Origin: a virus
Lineage: Duplodnaviria; Heunggongvirae; Uroviricota; Caudoviricetes
Direction: 5' to 3' (one strand)
DNA length: 64,000 nucleotides
IMG/VR virus record: IMGVR_UViG_3300048625_000166
Made by a program: the position numbers and the translations under genes. Below the pieces are notes generated by a model. It saw only the letters and a list, made by a program, of their open reading frames with translations, ran no database searches and was not told the origin of the DNA. The stretch's first letter is position 1; each line of letters begins with the position of its first letter. Shown one piece after another: positions 10,056-20,432 of this stretch.

Positions 10056-11578
10056 GCTTTCTTTGGGGTCTTCATCTGAGACAACATGTGTTCAGCGTAC
10101 TTATGCATACACATCACTGGAATATTGTCCCAGTATTCTTCTAGATAAAATGGACAACTACCGATCCACTGATTTGTGTCAATGTAATGTTTCAGTTCAC
10201 GTAAATCTTCATCCCGTGTAGGATCAAAAAGCCGACGATTACTGACCGCATTAAGTAGAGAATATCGCATGGTTAGCTATCCATTTCCATTGAGTTGTAT
10301 TCTTTAACAACATCAAGTACTTCTTCCTCTGTGTTACAGATAATTTTACAGTTCTTCCATTCACTGTCGTCATCGCGGCCGCCAACTTCGACCATCCAAC
10401 CATTGTCGTAACGATTGATTGTAATTGATTCGTTTACTTTTGCTAGTTTGCCTAGTTTATTTGCCATTGTTACTTCTCCTTAAAACTTAATGATATCAAA
10501 TAACTCAGAGTGAGTCAACTATTTGTTTACCATTAACCTGGAATAGCACTCTCAGACATAAGAAGACGACCGTACTGTGCTTTTGCCATCTGCACAGCTT
10601 GATGGGGATTATCAGCACGAATCATCACACGACCAAAGCCTGCACCAGGTTCGTCTTTGTATTTTACCATCACATAATATGTGTTCATTTTACAACTCCA
10701 GTTAAAGTGAATTTACCAAGTGCTTCTTTTGCGTCGAACAAGTTTTCAACATCATCTAAAATCTCGGCAGTCTGTTGAATGAGTTCAGTTCGTGCCATTC
10801 TGATCAATTCGATGGCATACTGTGCATCATCATCGCTGATTGTAGCATACCAATTCTCAAATTGTTGAGGCGACAGTGACATGATAAACAAATAATTATC
10901 GCGGTCATGTTTGTTCATTATACGACTCCAGCTTCCTTTGTGTAATCAAGATCGAGTTTGATGTGACCATATCCATTCTTTATCAGATTGGCAGTCACTC
11001 GTGAAGATGCCATTCGCTTCATCCAAACAGTTGTATGGACACCTCATTTAGTTTCTCGACCAGTTACTCTAGTGCCGTTGATGTAAACAGCACCCAGATT
11101 GGTGACTTCTACGTTAACTCGTTTGGATCGCATTATGCAACCTCGTATGATTTGTTCCACTGGCCGATGTTCACATCAACATACCAGCCCACATCGAAGT
11201 AATCTGATTGAATGTCCGAGTTGTTGTGATTGCCGTTGTTCATAGCAGTCATGACTTCTTGCAAGAACGTCAATGCTTTGCCATCGAAGTGGTCGTGATA
11301 CCAGTAAGGGTTAACTTGAATAGAACCTTCTGCCTTACGGAAGTTTTGTGGCTCAGCCATGTAACGAGGAGTACGGCTTACAGTACTGTTAAAGTTATCG
11401 ATAAAGTCGATAGAACCAGACTTGATGTTCAACACCAGGGTAGAGTGATTACGAACAGCAAGAGTGCCTTTGACGTTGTACTTTTTCAAGATAGCCTTGA
11501 CGACTGGTGCGATTTCTGCTTTGTGATCTTGAGACATGTAAGCCATTTTGTTTCTCCGGTTTGTTTGTTGATGAATGA

Positions 11579-11607
11579 ATTATATATCCAAATCCATTCG
11601 TCGTCAA
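11579..11607 (-). promoter_or_regulatory. Early sigma70-type promoter
   Basis: TTGACG-17-TATAAT with GGATTTGG in the spacer. Confidence 0.8.
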
Positions 11608-12485
11608 GTCAAAGTTAATTTAACTTCAACAACTTCCAGGTGGGCTGTTTTTTGAGTGTAAGTGTCACGAATGCCGTCAGCCATGTCAGGTCTGGTTGAA
11701 TTAGCACATTGGTCAATATATGCTTGAACATTGGGATGATATCGATCACCGTCAATAGTCCAAGCATTGTATTGCTGTCCGTTTTTCTCACCTTTGAACA
11801 TGTTCTTGATAGCTTTTTCAGCATTGGCTCGTGAAACGAATTGTGCCGCACTTTGCATGTCCATGCTAAATGAACGGAAGTTTTGACCTGTACAAAATGC
11901 GCCAGTTTCTGTTTCACGAATTACAAACATTTTTGTCCTTAGTTAAAAACTTGACCATCAGCACGAATTTGTGTGATGTTCTCAACATCGAACGTGCGAA
12001 TCACAACTTTGTCAGACAAGCCACCTTGTTCGCCTTCGCTAGCTTCTTGGAGACCTTGAATGCTAGATGCAGGAACAACATTCCCGTCAAGAGTGAAGTA
12101 AGATGCGCCAGCTTTCAGGAAGATCACTTCAAGATAGTGCTTAGTATCGCCGTTCTTAGTATGTTCAACGATTGGCATGTTCTCAAGACGAGTACCCCAT
12201 TGACGAGGACCCAGTGTGAAGTTTGCAGGGTCTTTGCCTTCTGCAATCAAGCGACGATTAACCATATTCTCGTAGCCGTTGGAGTTTTTGTTTTGAAACA
12301 CCATGACGTTAGCACCAGTCATGAACTTCTGAACACGACCTTGATGTGGGTTAGACTTACCGCCAGTAAGTTTAGGAACAGTAACAGTGTCGATAGTTAC
12401 GAAAGAAGCGCCATTAACGTTTGCGATGGCGTTGAGAACTTGAGCGTATTTCATTTTTAACTCCGTTTTGTGTGTTGATGGATGA

Positions 12486-12514
12486 ATTATATGCCCAAAC
12501 CCATTTAATGTCAA
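12486..12514 (-). promoter_or_regulatory. Early sigma70-type promoter
   Basis: TTGACA-17-TATAAT with GGGTTTGG in the spacer. Confidence 0.8.
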
Positions 12515-13189
12515 CCGTTTTTAGGAATTAATTGTATTAAATGGGTCAGTTTCGTCGTATTGTTGATCGTGAATACTTTCTACTACATCGTAGACAAAGG
12601 TAACAGGCACTCCCAATCTGACCGCAATCATCTTGGGAGGCACATCCTCGTCCAGCAACATTTCGATTTCAAGTGCTAGTTCGGACATGTGGCTCATTTT
12701 GAGGAATTACTAGTAGTGTGAAACATAATGCCAGTCAGGATGTTCAAACCCCAGGCTTGCAACCAGGTAACTTCTTTGACACCAGTAACAGCGTCAACCA
12801 AGCAACCATTCCACAACATGTACACTGGCCAACTCAGCAAAAAACTGACGAAGACCAAGAGTGCGATGCCAAAAACTACAGTGATAAGTTTTGCTAGAAA
12901 ATTCATGATGATTCCTTTAATTGTATGGATTACTTACTATTGATTTCTTTAATCTTTTGCTCATACTCAAGTCGGTTGAGCGTGATTGCGTAGAACAAAT
13001 AAATGAACCAAGCGACGAGGCCGCCCCCAATCGCATTGCCAATGATCTGAGCGGGCACATTTGCAACAATGAATGCAACGGCGAATGAACCTGCAATTAC
13101 ACTAACAATGATGCCTGCTGTAATAAGCATTGCTTTTTGTTTAAGGGAGAGAGTCATATTTTTCCTTTATAGAGGAGGGTTGAGAAATC

Positions 13190-13441
13190 TTACATTGTCT
13201 TTAACAAATGCATCGTTAGATCAGGGCCGCCGATCAATACACATTGTTGTGTGTATTTTAAGTAGCCGGTATCTGAGCGATAACCTGTTAGCATGGGAAC
13301 TACACGAACTTGTTTGGGCGTTACCTTAATTACTTTGCCCACATATAACATATTATGATGGCAGAATGCCACCGCGTCATCTTCTTTTACTTCACGACCT
13401 AACAGGTCTTTGTGCTGTTCTTCTGGTTGTTTAATAGTCAT
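13190..13441 (-). CDS. Hypothetical protein (SH3/KOW-like)
   Basis: Probable start MTIKQPEE; DLLGREVKEDDAV...YVGKVIKVTPKQV. Confidence 0.55.
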   Translation of the reverse strand: MTIKQPEEQHKDLLGREVKEDDAVAFCHHNMLYVGKVIKVTPKQVRVVPMLTGYRSDTGYLKYTQQCVLIGGPDLTMHLLKTM

Positions 13442-13589
13442 CTTTGTATCTATGTTTCGGGCGACGATTGTATTGCCCCTTCTTAGGCTTTTCAACCTTA
13501 GGCTGGAAGGGCAATTCATCATCAAACAGTGCCTTGTGGACACGGCGTTTCATGGGCTCGATTCGGAAGGTGATAGTTTCTCGTTTCAT
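13431..13589 (-). CDS. Small basic protein resembling ArfA (alternative ribosome-rescue factor)
   Basis: 52 aa, not in the ORF track: ...KALFDDELPFQPKVEKPKKGQYNRRPKHRY, compared by eye with the ArfA LF..RVEK.KKGKGSY.RK.KH pattern. Confidence 0.4.
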   Translation of the reverse strand: MKRETITFRIEPMKRRVHKALFDDELPFQPKVEKPKKGQYNRRPKHRYKDDY

Positions 13590-13598
13590 AGTGAGAGT

Positions 13599-13627
13599 AT
13601 TATACTTCCAAATCGAGTTCTTGTCAA
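13599..13627 (-). promoter_or_regulatory. Early sigma70-type promoter
   Basis: TTGACA-17-TATAAT with GATTTGG in the spacer. Confidence 0.8.
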
Positions 13628-14940
13628 ATCTCTTGTTTAATCTGGGTGATTACACTATCCCAGGTGGTATCTGTCTGTCTGAACAATTTTACACAAGAAT
13701 AGAAGGGACTGTCACTTCTTTCGGTGAACCAGCGCCAATCGCATCCATATTGACTCAACATTACATACGTTGGTACTCCAAGAGCGCCAGCTAAATGAGC
13801 AGTCACGGTGTCAACTGTTACGATCAAGTCACATTGAATCATCAACTTTGCAGTTTCATGAAAATTGCCTAGAGTGGGAACCAATACGTTGTATTCCTGC
13901 AACAAATGTTTTTCTTCATCTGTTAGATCGAAGTTCAAACATACAAGTTGAATATCATCACGTGAAATCTCAAGGAGCTTTGCAAGATCCATCTTTCTAA
14001 AGCGAGTGATAAATGCAACACCATTACTTCCCCACTGAATACCAACACGTTTCTTTGTAGTTGGTTGCAAGAATCTCATGGAGTGTGGAGTTATCGTTGT
14101 AGATAGATACTGGTCTGGATATGGGATTGTGTCGATAGTAGTGCCGAAACATTTAGGCAATGAAAGCAAAGGCACATTATAATGATAAGAGGGAACTTCA
14201 TCTATTTTTGAGGTTACAATTACGTTTGGGAAATTTTCTTCGAACAAGCTAACTAGCGGCTGTCTTACAAGTAGCACAACTGTGGCATTAAGATTCGCTA
14301 GCATCTTTACATAGCGCACAAACTGAATACAATCACCAAAGCCTTGTTCTCCGTAAACAAGTACAGTTAAGCCATTGACATTTTGTGTGCCATCCCACTC
14401 TGGTCCATGGTACACTGGCTTAAAGCTAGTTGCACTTTCATAGTACCAACGTGCGTCATAGTTCTTCCAGCCTTCAATTAGATCACCCTTCATTAGGTGA
14501 CACACACTTTCATTCAAGCGATGCACTGGATCATTGCTGTAGGTTTGTGCTATCTTGCAGAAATTCGCACCAATCTCTGGCATGCCAAACTCGCGCAGGC
14601 TATTGCCATAGTTGCTGTACGCCGATGCGTTCTTTGGATCAAGAATAAATGCTTGACCAAAGTCCATCATTGCTTGTTTGTAGTGTCCTAGAGTTCTGAG
14701 GACTGCACCTCTACTGATTAAACTTTCAGCATAGCCAGCGGCGATCGGTGCTTCGAAATACTTCAATGCCTGATCGAGTTGATTCAACTTTATACAGGTC
14801 AATCCACAATTATGTTGAATAACGTAATTGTCAATGCCATCATTGAGAATTTTCTCATAGCATTCTTTTGCTAGTTCAAACTCTCCAATCGTGTAATGTG
14901 CATTACCTCGATTGAAAAGTTCAAGTTGTGCTTCATTCAA
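13624..14940 (-). CDS. TPR-repeat protein with C-terminal GT9-like glycosyltransferase domain
   Basis: TPR helices (AYSNYGNSL); EQGFGDCIQFVRY, DLIVTVDTVTAHLAGALG, DWRW motifs. Confidence 0.85.
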   Translation of the reverse strand: MNEAQLELFNRGNAHYTIGEFELAKECYEKILNDGIDNYVIQHNCGLTCIKLNQLDQALKYFEAPIAAGYAESLISRGAVLRTLGHYKQAMMDFGQAFILDPKNASAYSNYGNSLREFGMPEIGANFCKIAQTYSNDPVHRLNESVCHLMKGDLIEGWKNYDARWYYESATSFKPVYHGPEWDGTQNVNGLTVLVYGEQGFGDCIQFVRYVKMLANLNATVVLLVRQPLVSLFEENFPNVIVTSKIDEVPSYHYNVPLLSLPKCFGTTIDTIPYPDQYLSTTITPHSMRFLQPTTKKRVGIQWGSNGVAFITRFRKMDLAKLLEISRDDIQLVCLNFDLTDEEKHLLQEYNVLVPTLGNFHETAKLMIQCDLIVTVDTVTAHLAGALGVPTYVMLSQYGCDWRWFTERSDSPFYSCVKLFRQTDTTWDSVITQIKQEI

Positions 14941-15223
14941 TTGATATCTCCACGGACTTTACGCTTTTAACAGTAAAGCTACGCCACTCTTTTTTATCCG
15001 TGTCGAATACTCGCATGGATTCAGTTGACTCTTTTCGAGGAGTTGCGCCCTCCTTGATTTCAACTTTAGGCAGTTGTGCTGGTTCAAGTGTGCAGTTCAT
15101 GACACGCTCGGTGCCATCTTTTTTAGTAAAAGTTACCTTAGCAGGACCAGCTTGTAGCATACCATGAAGCCACTCACGAAACTTATTCCACTCTTGATCT
15201 GTAAATTCAGCTTTAATTTCCAT
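14933..15223 (-). CDS. WYL_2/Sm-like SH3 beta-barrel phage protein
   Basis: VTFTKKDGTERVMNCTL...VFDTDKKEWRSF. Confidence 0.7.
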   Translation of the reverse strand: MEIKAEFTDQEWNKFREWLHGMLQAGPAKVTFTKKDGTERVMNCTLEPAQLPKVEIKEGATPRKESTESMRVFDTDKKEWRSFTVKSVKSVEISIE

Positions 15224-15515
15224 CTGTTTCTTTCTCTGTTGGCAAACAACCAAATACGATGATAGGAATAATTGTTACAAACGTAACTAAACTAAACCAT
15301 GGGTTAATTCCTGCGTCACGGCAACGTCTAGCTGATGTGGCAAACATCAAATAGAATGATAGTATCAACGATACAAATGCCACGATGCTACCGATTACTC
15401 CTAGCAACACCGATAGCAAAACAATAAACGGCATTACAGCTAGGTAACAAATAAGCAACACACCCCAGAATTCACTGCGGGTTGATCGACCGCTAAAGCT
15501 AAAATATTTTTCCAT
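15213..15515 (-). CDS. DUF805-family membrane protein
   Basis: FSFSGRSTRSEFW...ARRCRDAG. Confidence 0.8.
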   Translation of the reverse strand: MEKYFSFSGRSTRSEFWGVLLICYLAVMPFIVLLSVLLGVIGSIVAFVSLILSFYLMFATSARRCRDAGINPWFSLVTFVTIIPIIVFGCLPTEKETDGN

Positions 15516-17451
15516 TACAGTACTGCCATTCTGAATAGTGCTACACTGTCGATAGATACCAGCAACAGGTAATTTGAAAGCATGCCTAGACTCTTACGTG
15601 TCCATGCGGCCCATGCAAAGATCGCACATTGCGAGATAAAGATGGGATACAGAATAAGAAAAGGTGGTGTTGGCACAGTTAACATCATAGTGATTGAGCA
15701 TCCAATGCTCATGAACCATGCCAAGATTTCTAAGAAACATCTAAGAGGATTGCTTTTCCAATCCTCTTTAATCCAGTTGATTACGCCGTAAAATAATTCA
15801 TTCATTGAGTACATGTCCGTGTGCGAGTTACTGTACCATTGGGTTGCATTGTTTCTACCCAAGGTGTGCAGTTTTCTTTTGATTGATAGATGATTGGTGG
15901 TTGTTGCTGTTGCACAATCACTGGCTGTTGTTCAACAATCACAGTTCGTGGATGACTGAGTTCGTAACCAATCACACCTCCAATGATTGCTGGACCTACC
16001 CAGCCTCCGCGATAACCACCATAGTAATGATGATGGTAATGTTGAGCAAATGCTGGCGCTGATGCTAGTAATGCTACTGCTAATAGAACTTTTTTCATGA
16101 TAGTCTCCTATTCGTATTTAACGTATTAGGAGGTCACCTCGTTGACCTTAGTTTCATTGTGCTTGTCAATAGCCTCTTGCATGAGAATTTCGACCATCTT
16201 GTTTAATGTGATATCACGCTTGTGAGCTTCTAATGCCAGCTTCAATAACATATCATCTTCGAGTGTCAGTGGAACTTCAATACGCTCGTCGAATCCAGTA
16301 CCAATAGAGATAGCTTCTGCTTTGTATAGCCAATCTTCCTCGGTCTCAAGATCGTACCACTTTACATCGTCCCATGCTTGATTAGGATCAACTTTACGTT
16401 CTTTGGCTTCTGTAATCATTGCTTCCTTGAATCGTGGATCTAACCAACGATATGGTTTGATTTCACTTGGAAACCATTCATCTGGTTTAACACTGACCTC
16501 TGCCTGATAGACTTCTTGCGTCTTGGAGTTGAATACGACACTAACGTGACAGTACTCAGTTTCATAATCTAAGTATCGTGCATTTGGCCAGCAATCCCAT
16601 TGATACTCACTGCCATCAGTGATTTTATGAGCCATGATTTCATTTACTTGTGCTAGTTTCATTTGTTGTCCTCGAAATACATTTGTGCCAATCGCATCAT
16701 TAGTGCGGCGTGTTCTTTGCTTTGTGGAACTTGAACACTACGTCCCTCTTTCAAATCGTTGAATTCTTTCAAGAGTGGTTCAATGTCGTTATTATATATT
16801 TGTTCCATCGTTTTGTAAAGCATAATGGCATCTTGTTCAGTCATGCCTGCTGTCCATGAAGGATCGCCTTGTTCTTTACGTAGACCATAGTCATGACGAT
16901 AGGTCATGCACATGTTATAGATGATTTCTTCTTTTGTCATTTTGGATATCCTTTATCATAATCCCAACCTTTACCACCGAGCTTTTCCCAGTTATCCCAT
17001 TTCTGAGCTTCATCCTTACAACGCTGTGGTTGACCCATGGAACCAATTACTGCATTGCATGTATCACATCTATGGGCGCATCCTGAACCAAAATCATAGT
17101 AAGCAGTACCACCACATGGCATATAGATTGGATCTAACGCAGGATGCTTGTCATCAAAGTCGGTATAGTAGTTCATTTCATTATCAATTCTTTGAGTTTC
17201 TTGGCAGTGATAATTTCATGGACACCCTTGACTTCTTTGATGACCATCTCCAATTCAACTACTTCCCATTCACTCACACGATTGCGTCCACTGTCACTTC
17301 TGCTATCACTATTCATGACACCAGTAACAAACGTTCTTAGTTGCCCCAGTGTCTGAAAGATTCTTCCAGATTTATCGTAACTCTGATAGTAAGGTGTACC
17401 CCTCACAAATAACTCAGGGTCATCCTTTTTTCTAATTTTATAGTATATCAT
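15515..17451 (-). other. Run of hypothetical CDS (15515-15805 membrane protein, 15802-16098 secreted protein, 16126-16662 with C-terminal ribbon-helix-helix-like segment, 16659-16940, 16937-17176, 17173-17451)
   Basis: Overlapping ATGA junctions; 16126-16662 ends LKLALEAHKRDITLNKMVEIL. Confidence 0.6.
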
Positions 17452-17452
17452 A

Positions 17453-17722
17453 TTATTCCCATCTTAATTTAAACCACATATACTCTTGCTCACACAAAAA
17501 CTTAAATGTATATCGGCCAGAGTATATCCTGTTGCCATCGTCATTGTCGTAACCTTCACCCTCGGCACATATAAACTTATACCCACGCTCATCCTGCAAC
17601 CATTTGTATGCCTGAACGTATACCCGATAGTTGGGCACAGTATGTAACAACCAGTCATTACACTCACAATGATTCTCGTGGCGACAAATATCTGTCCACT
17701 CTAATTTAACTGTGTCTGTCAT
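17453..17722 (-). CDS. WFxLRW-tail cassette protein
   Basis: Ends EQEYMWFKLRWE. Confidence 0.65.
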   Translation of the reverse strand: MTDTVKLEWTDICRHENHCECNDWLLHTVPNYRVYVQAYKWLQDERGYKFICAEGEGYDNDDGNRIYSGRYTFKFLCEQEYMWFKLRWE

Positions 17723-17973
17723 AGCCATCTCAACACAAACCAGGTGCGTTGCTCCTCTGTTTTGAATCTAATGTAATCACCTGGTGGATTGATTGCGCCA
17801 AATTTAGCCAATTCTTGATTCGCAATTACTCGCAAATGCATTACCCGCCATGGATAAGTCAGCTTCTTTACATGATCGCAGAAGTTGTCCCACAGTGGTG
17901 TTACATTCATATCATCTGAACATACCTGTAACTCATATGGATATGCCCTAAGTTGTTCCGTATCTTCTGTCAT
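17719..17973 (-). CDS. WFxLRW-tail cassette protein
   Basis: Ends EEQRTWFVLRWL; start placed at the ATGA overlap. Confidence 0.65.
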   Translation of the reverse strand: MTEDTEQLRAYPYELQVCSDDMNVTPLWDNFCDHVKKLTYPWRVMHLRVIANQELAKFGAINPPGDYIRFKTEEQRTWFVLRWL

Positions 17974-18356
17974 AGCCACCTCAATATAAACCAAGCATAA
18001 TCTTTTTCATCACGAAATCTAATACGATCAATATGTATATCATACCAGCGTGTCCACGCATCCGGTCGTCTAGGGCGTGGACCAAAATGTTCAGTACACC
18101 ATGCTATGACTTCATCATAATCGTCATAATGATGGTCTGCATCGTACCATCGGGCACGGCTGAATTGATATTTTGGCTGTTGTTTGTAGCTGGCTTTCAT
18201 AGTAAAGATTTCACCCACAGAATCTGTCATAGTTTGTACACCTAGAATAGATTGGGCTAACAGTTGAGGATATACTTGCCTAATCATGGGCATGAGTATC
18301 TGCTGGCCTGTGGCGGTCACACTGGCCGCTAGATTGGGATTATAGTGATGCGTCAT
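17970..18356 (-). CDS. WFxLRW-tail cassette protein
   Basis: Ends EKDYAWFILRWL. Confidence 0.65.
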   Translation of the reverse strand: MTHHYNPNLAASVTATGQQILMPMIRQVYPQLLAQSILGVQTMTDSVGEIFTMKASYKQQPKYQFSRARWYDADHHYDDYDEVIAWCTEHFGPRPRRPDAWTRWYDIHIDRIRFRDEKDYAWFILRWL

Positions 18357-18592
18357 GACCACCTCAACGTAAACCACTCGGCGTCTTTTTCATCACGAAA
18401 TTCGAACCATTCGATATCCCACGTGCCGTCAATCGTTTCACTGCCCAAGAATCCTGGATGATCTTTGCCATAAGTCCAACGCTTTTTATAATTATTGTGT
18501 GCTTCTGGGGGACCAAACATATCAGTCATCCATTTCCATATCTCGGTCATTTCCTGAATAGTGCGTTCAGTATTTCTAGTATAGACTTTCAT
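18353..18592 (-). CDS. WFxLRW-tail cassette protein
   Basis: Ends EKDAEWFTLRWS. Confidence 0.65.
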   Translation of the reverse strand: MKVYTRNTERTIQEMTEIWKWMTDMFGPPEAHNNYKKRWTYGKDHPGFLGSETIDGTWDIEWFEFRDEKDAEWFTLRWS

Positions 18593-18930
18593 GACCACCT
18601 CAACATAAACCACTCGTAGTCTTTGCTATCACGAAATCTAAATGTTCTGTTGACATTAAAGTACCAACGTGACCACGCATCAGGATACTTTGGGTCCGGA
18701 CCAAACTGTTCAATGCACCAGTTATATGCGCCTGCACCGTCTTTAGGCAATTTAGCTTCATGCCACTTAGCACGGCTGAACTTGTATTTCGATTCACTCA
18801 TAATAGTTGGAATATAGGGAGCATAGTATGCTCCATCAATCAATATTGAATCAAGTGTACTTTCTATTGTCTGTGCAGTAAGTAATATTTCCTTGCACAA
18901 GTTTGAATTATAAATTTGAGTTTTATTCAT
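18589..18930 (-). CDS. WFxLRW-tail cassette protein
   Basis: Ends SKDYEWFMLRWS; shares KYxFSRAxW and PDAWxRWY with 17970-18356. Confidence 0.65.
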   Translation of the reverse strand: MNKTQIYNSNLCKEILLTAQTIESTLDSILIDGAYYAPYIPTIMSESKYKFSRAKWHEAKLPKDGAGAYNWCIEQFGPDPKYPDAWSRWYFNVNRTFRFRDSKDYEWFMLRWS

Positions 18931-19235
18931 TGGAACTTCAAAATTAACATTGAATAGATTTTTTCAGGTACATCAAAGTATGAATCGAATGTCCATCCAG
19001 TGTTAGCCTCAACTGCACAATCTTGTTCACGTAACCACTTGCCTGCATCGCTATCTCTGCGGGTTCTAATAGAATACCACTGTTCGCCATCAACAATAGC
19101 TTCATCAACTTTTTCAAATTGAAAATTCTTTGATGTTGGATAGTAGTATGAACTTTTGCCAGTTCGTCTAGCCTGCATAATCAGCATTTCTCCTGCTTTG
19201 AAACCACCTGATTCAATGTCGATAAATGTTTTCAT
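18927..19235 (-). CDS. Hypothetical protein, divergent cassette-family member
   Basis: Ends KIYSMLILKFQ. Confidence 0.55.
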   Translation of the reverse strand: MKTFIDIESGGFKAGEMLIMQARRTGKSSYYYPTSKNFQFEKVDEAIVDGEQWYSIRTRRDSDAGKWLREQDCAVEANTGWTFDSYFDVPEKIYSMLILKFQ

Positions 19236-19510
19236 GACCACCTCAATGTTATGTAAGTGTAAAGCGATTCGTGCACCAGATAGGGCATGCAATTCATTTG
19301 GCCCCAAGAAGGCGTTCCTTCACACCACATGTCGTCTGGTTGTTTCTCGATCCAACGTTGTAAGCTGGTAACGAATACATTGATTTCATACCACATCACA
19401 CCGCTTGAATCAGGACTGGACTCAACATACACAAATGGAGTTAAACCCGCTGTATTAACTACATGTGGGTACATTGAGTTTACATCTGAGTCTAAAAAGT
19501 TTATAGCCAT
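19232..19510 (-). CDS. LRW-tail cassette protein
   Basis: Ends YTYITLRWS. Confidence 0.6.
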   Translation of the reverse strand: MAINFLDSDVNSMYPHVVNTAGLTPFVYVESSPDSSGVMWYEINVFVTSLQRWIEKQPDDMWCEGTPSWGQMNCMPYLVHESLYTYITLRWS

Positions 19511-19731
19511 TTTAATGCAAAGATGGTTGCATCTTTGTGTACTGCAAATTTAAATACTGCTTCATCCCATTCATCACTACAGACCCATGATCCTTTGCAA
19601 TTCTTTTTGCACCATCTGGTAGCGGCACTAACTCGCTGGTCGTGTTCGTACCAGCGCTGATCTTCAATTGCACGTACAGTAATGACATGCGGATGTTCTC
19701 TTCGGGATTTCCTACGTTGTGCTGAGTTCAT
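19501..19731 (-). CDS. LKW-tail cassette protein
   Basis: Ends KDATIFALKWL. Confidence 0.6.
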   Translation of the reverse strand: MNSAQRRKSRREHPHVITVRAIEDQRWYEHDQRVSAATRWCKKNCKGSWVCSDEWDEAVFKFAVHKDATIFALKWL

Positions 19732-20432
19732 GATACTGAATATAGAATGTCAGAGGTTTGATATTGTGTGCCAGCGTTTTGATTATTTTCTACCCATTCC
19801 ATGACTTTCTTATATCCGAATGGTTCTATTAATTTGAAAGCATCGTGTTCGCAGTGCCCATAAAATTTATTAAGAAAATCATTTGATTCAATGACAATCA
19901 CTGGTTTGTATTTCTCAATAGTAGCCAATGCGCCTTGAATGGCCGCTTGTTCATATCCTTCAATATCAAGATGAATTAAATCTGGACGTAGATTCAATGA
20001 ATCTATCTTCAATTGAGGAATATTTCCGCCACCGACTACTCGAATCGCACCAAGATTTTTGTTGCCGCCCCATGTGTCCGGTGGTGGTGAAATAGCTAGA
20101 CCACCTGGGTCATTTCCCAAACAGCATTGAAACTTGAAAATGTTATCAGCATTCGCATTATGAGTAAGACATTGGAACCATTTACTGTCTGGCTCAAACG
20201 TATACACATTTTCAAAATGATTGGCATACAATTTAGCATATAGTCCAGAATTACCGCCAGCTTGAATAACTGTCGATCTACCATCAACATACTGCATGAT
20301 CGTTTCTGGAAAAGTTGCGGCATCATGACGATTAAAGAAATCCCAACACATGGTATCCTGGGCCGGCCATAGCCAACCCGCACCAAATACGTCACTGTCT
20401 CTAATTTCTAACTCTTTGTTCATTCTTTCCAC
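19728..20432 (-). CDS. FkbM-family SAM-dependent methyltransferase
   Basis: VIQAGGNSG, VYTFEPD, LIHLDIEGYE, KYKPVIVIE. Confidence 0.85.
   Translation of the reverse strand: MERMNKELEIRDSDVFGAGWLWPAQDTMCWDFFNRHDAATFPETIMQYVDGRSTVIQAGGNSGLYAKLYANHFENVYTFEPDSKWFQCLTHNANADNIFKFQCCLGNDPGGLAISPPPDTWGGNKNLGAIRVVGGGNIPQLKIDSLNLRPDLIHLDIEGYEQAAIQGALATIEKYKPVIVIESNDFLNKFYGHCEHDAFKLIEPFGYKKVMEWVENNQNAGTQYQTSDILYSVS

Larger units (their letters stand above)
10040..13157 (-). other. Run of small early hypothetical CDS (10040-10270, 10273-10467, 10685-10918, 11133-11546, 11604-11930, 11939-12454, 12694-12906, 12930-13157)
   Basis: Tightly packed minus-strand ORFs with GGAG/AGGA RBS, downstream of sigma70 promoters. 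Confidence 0.65.
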
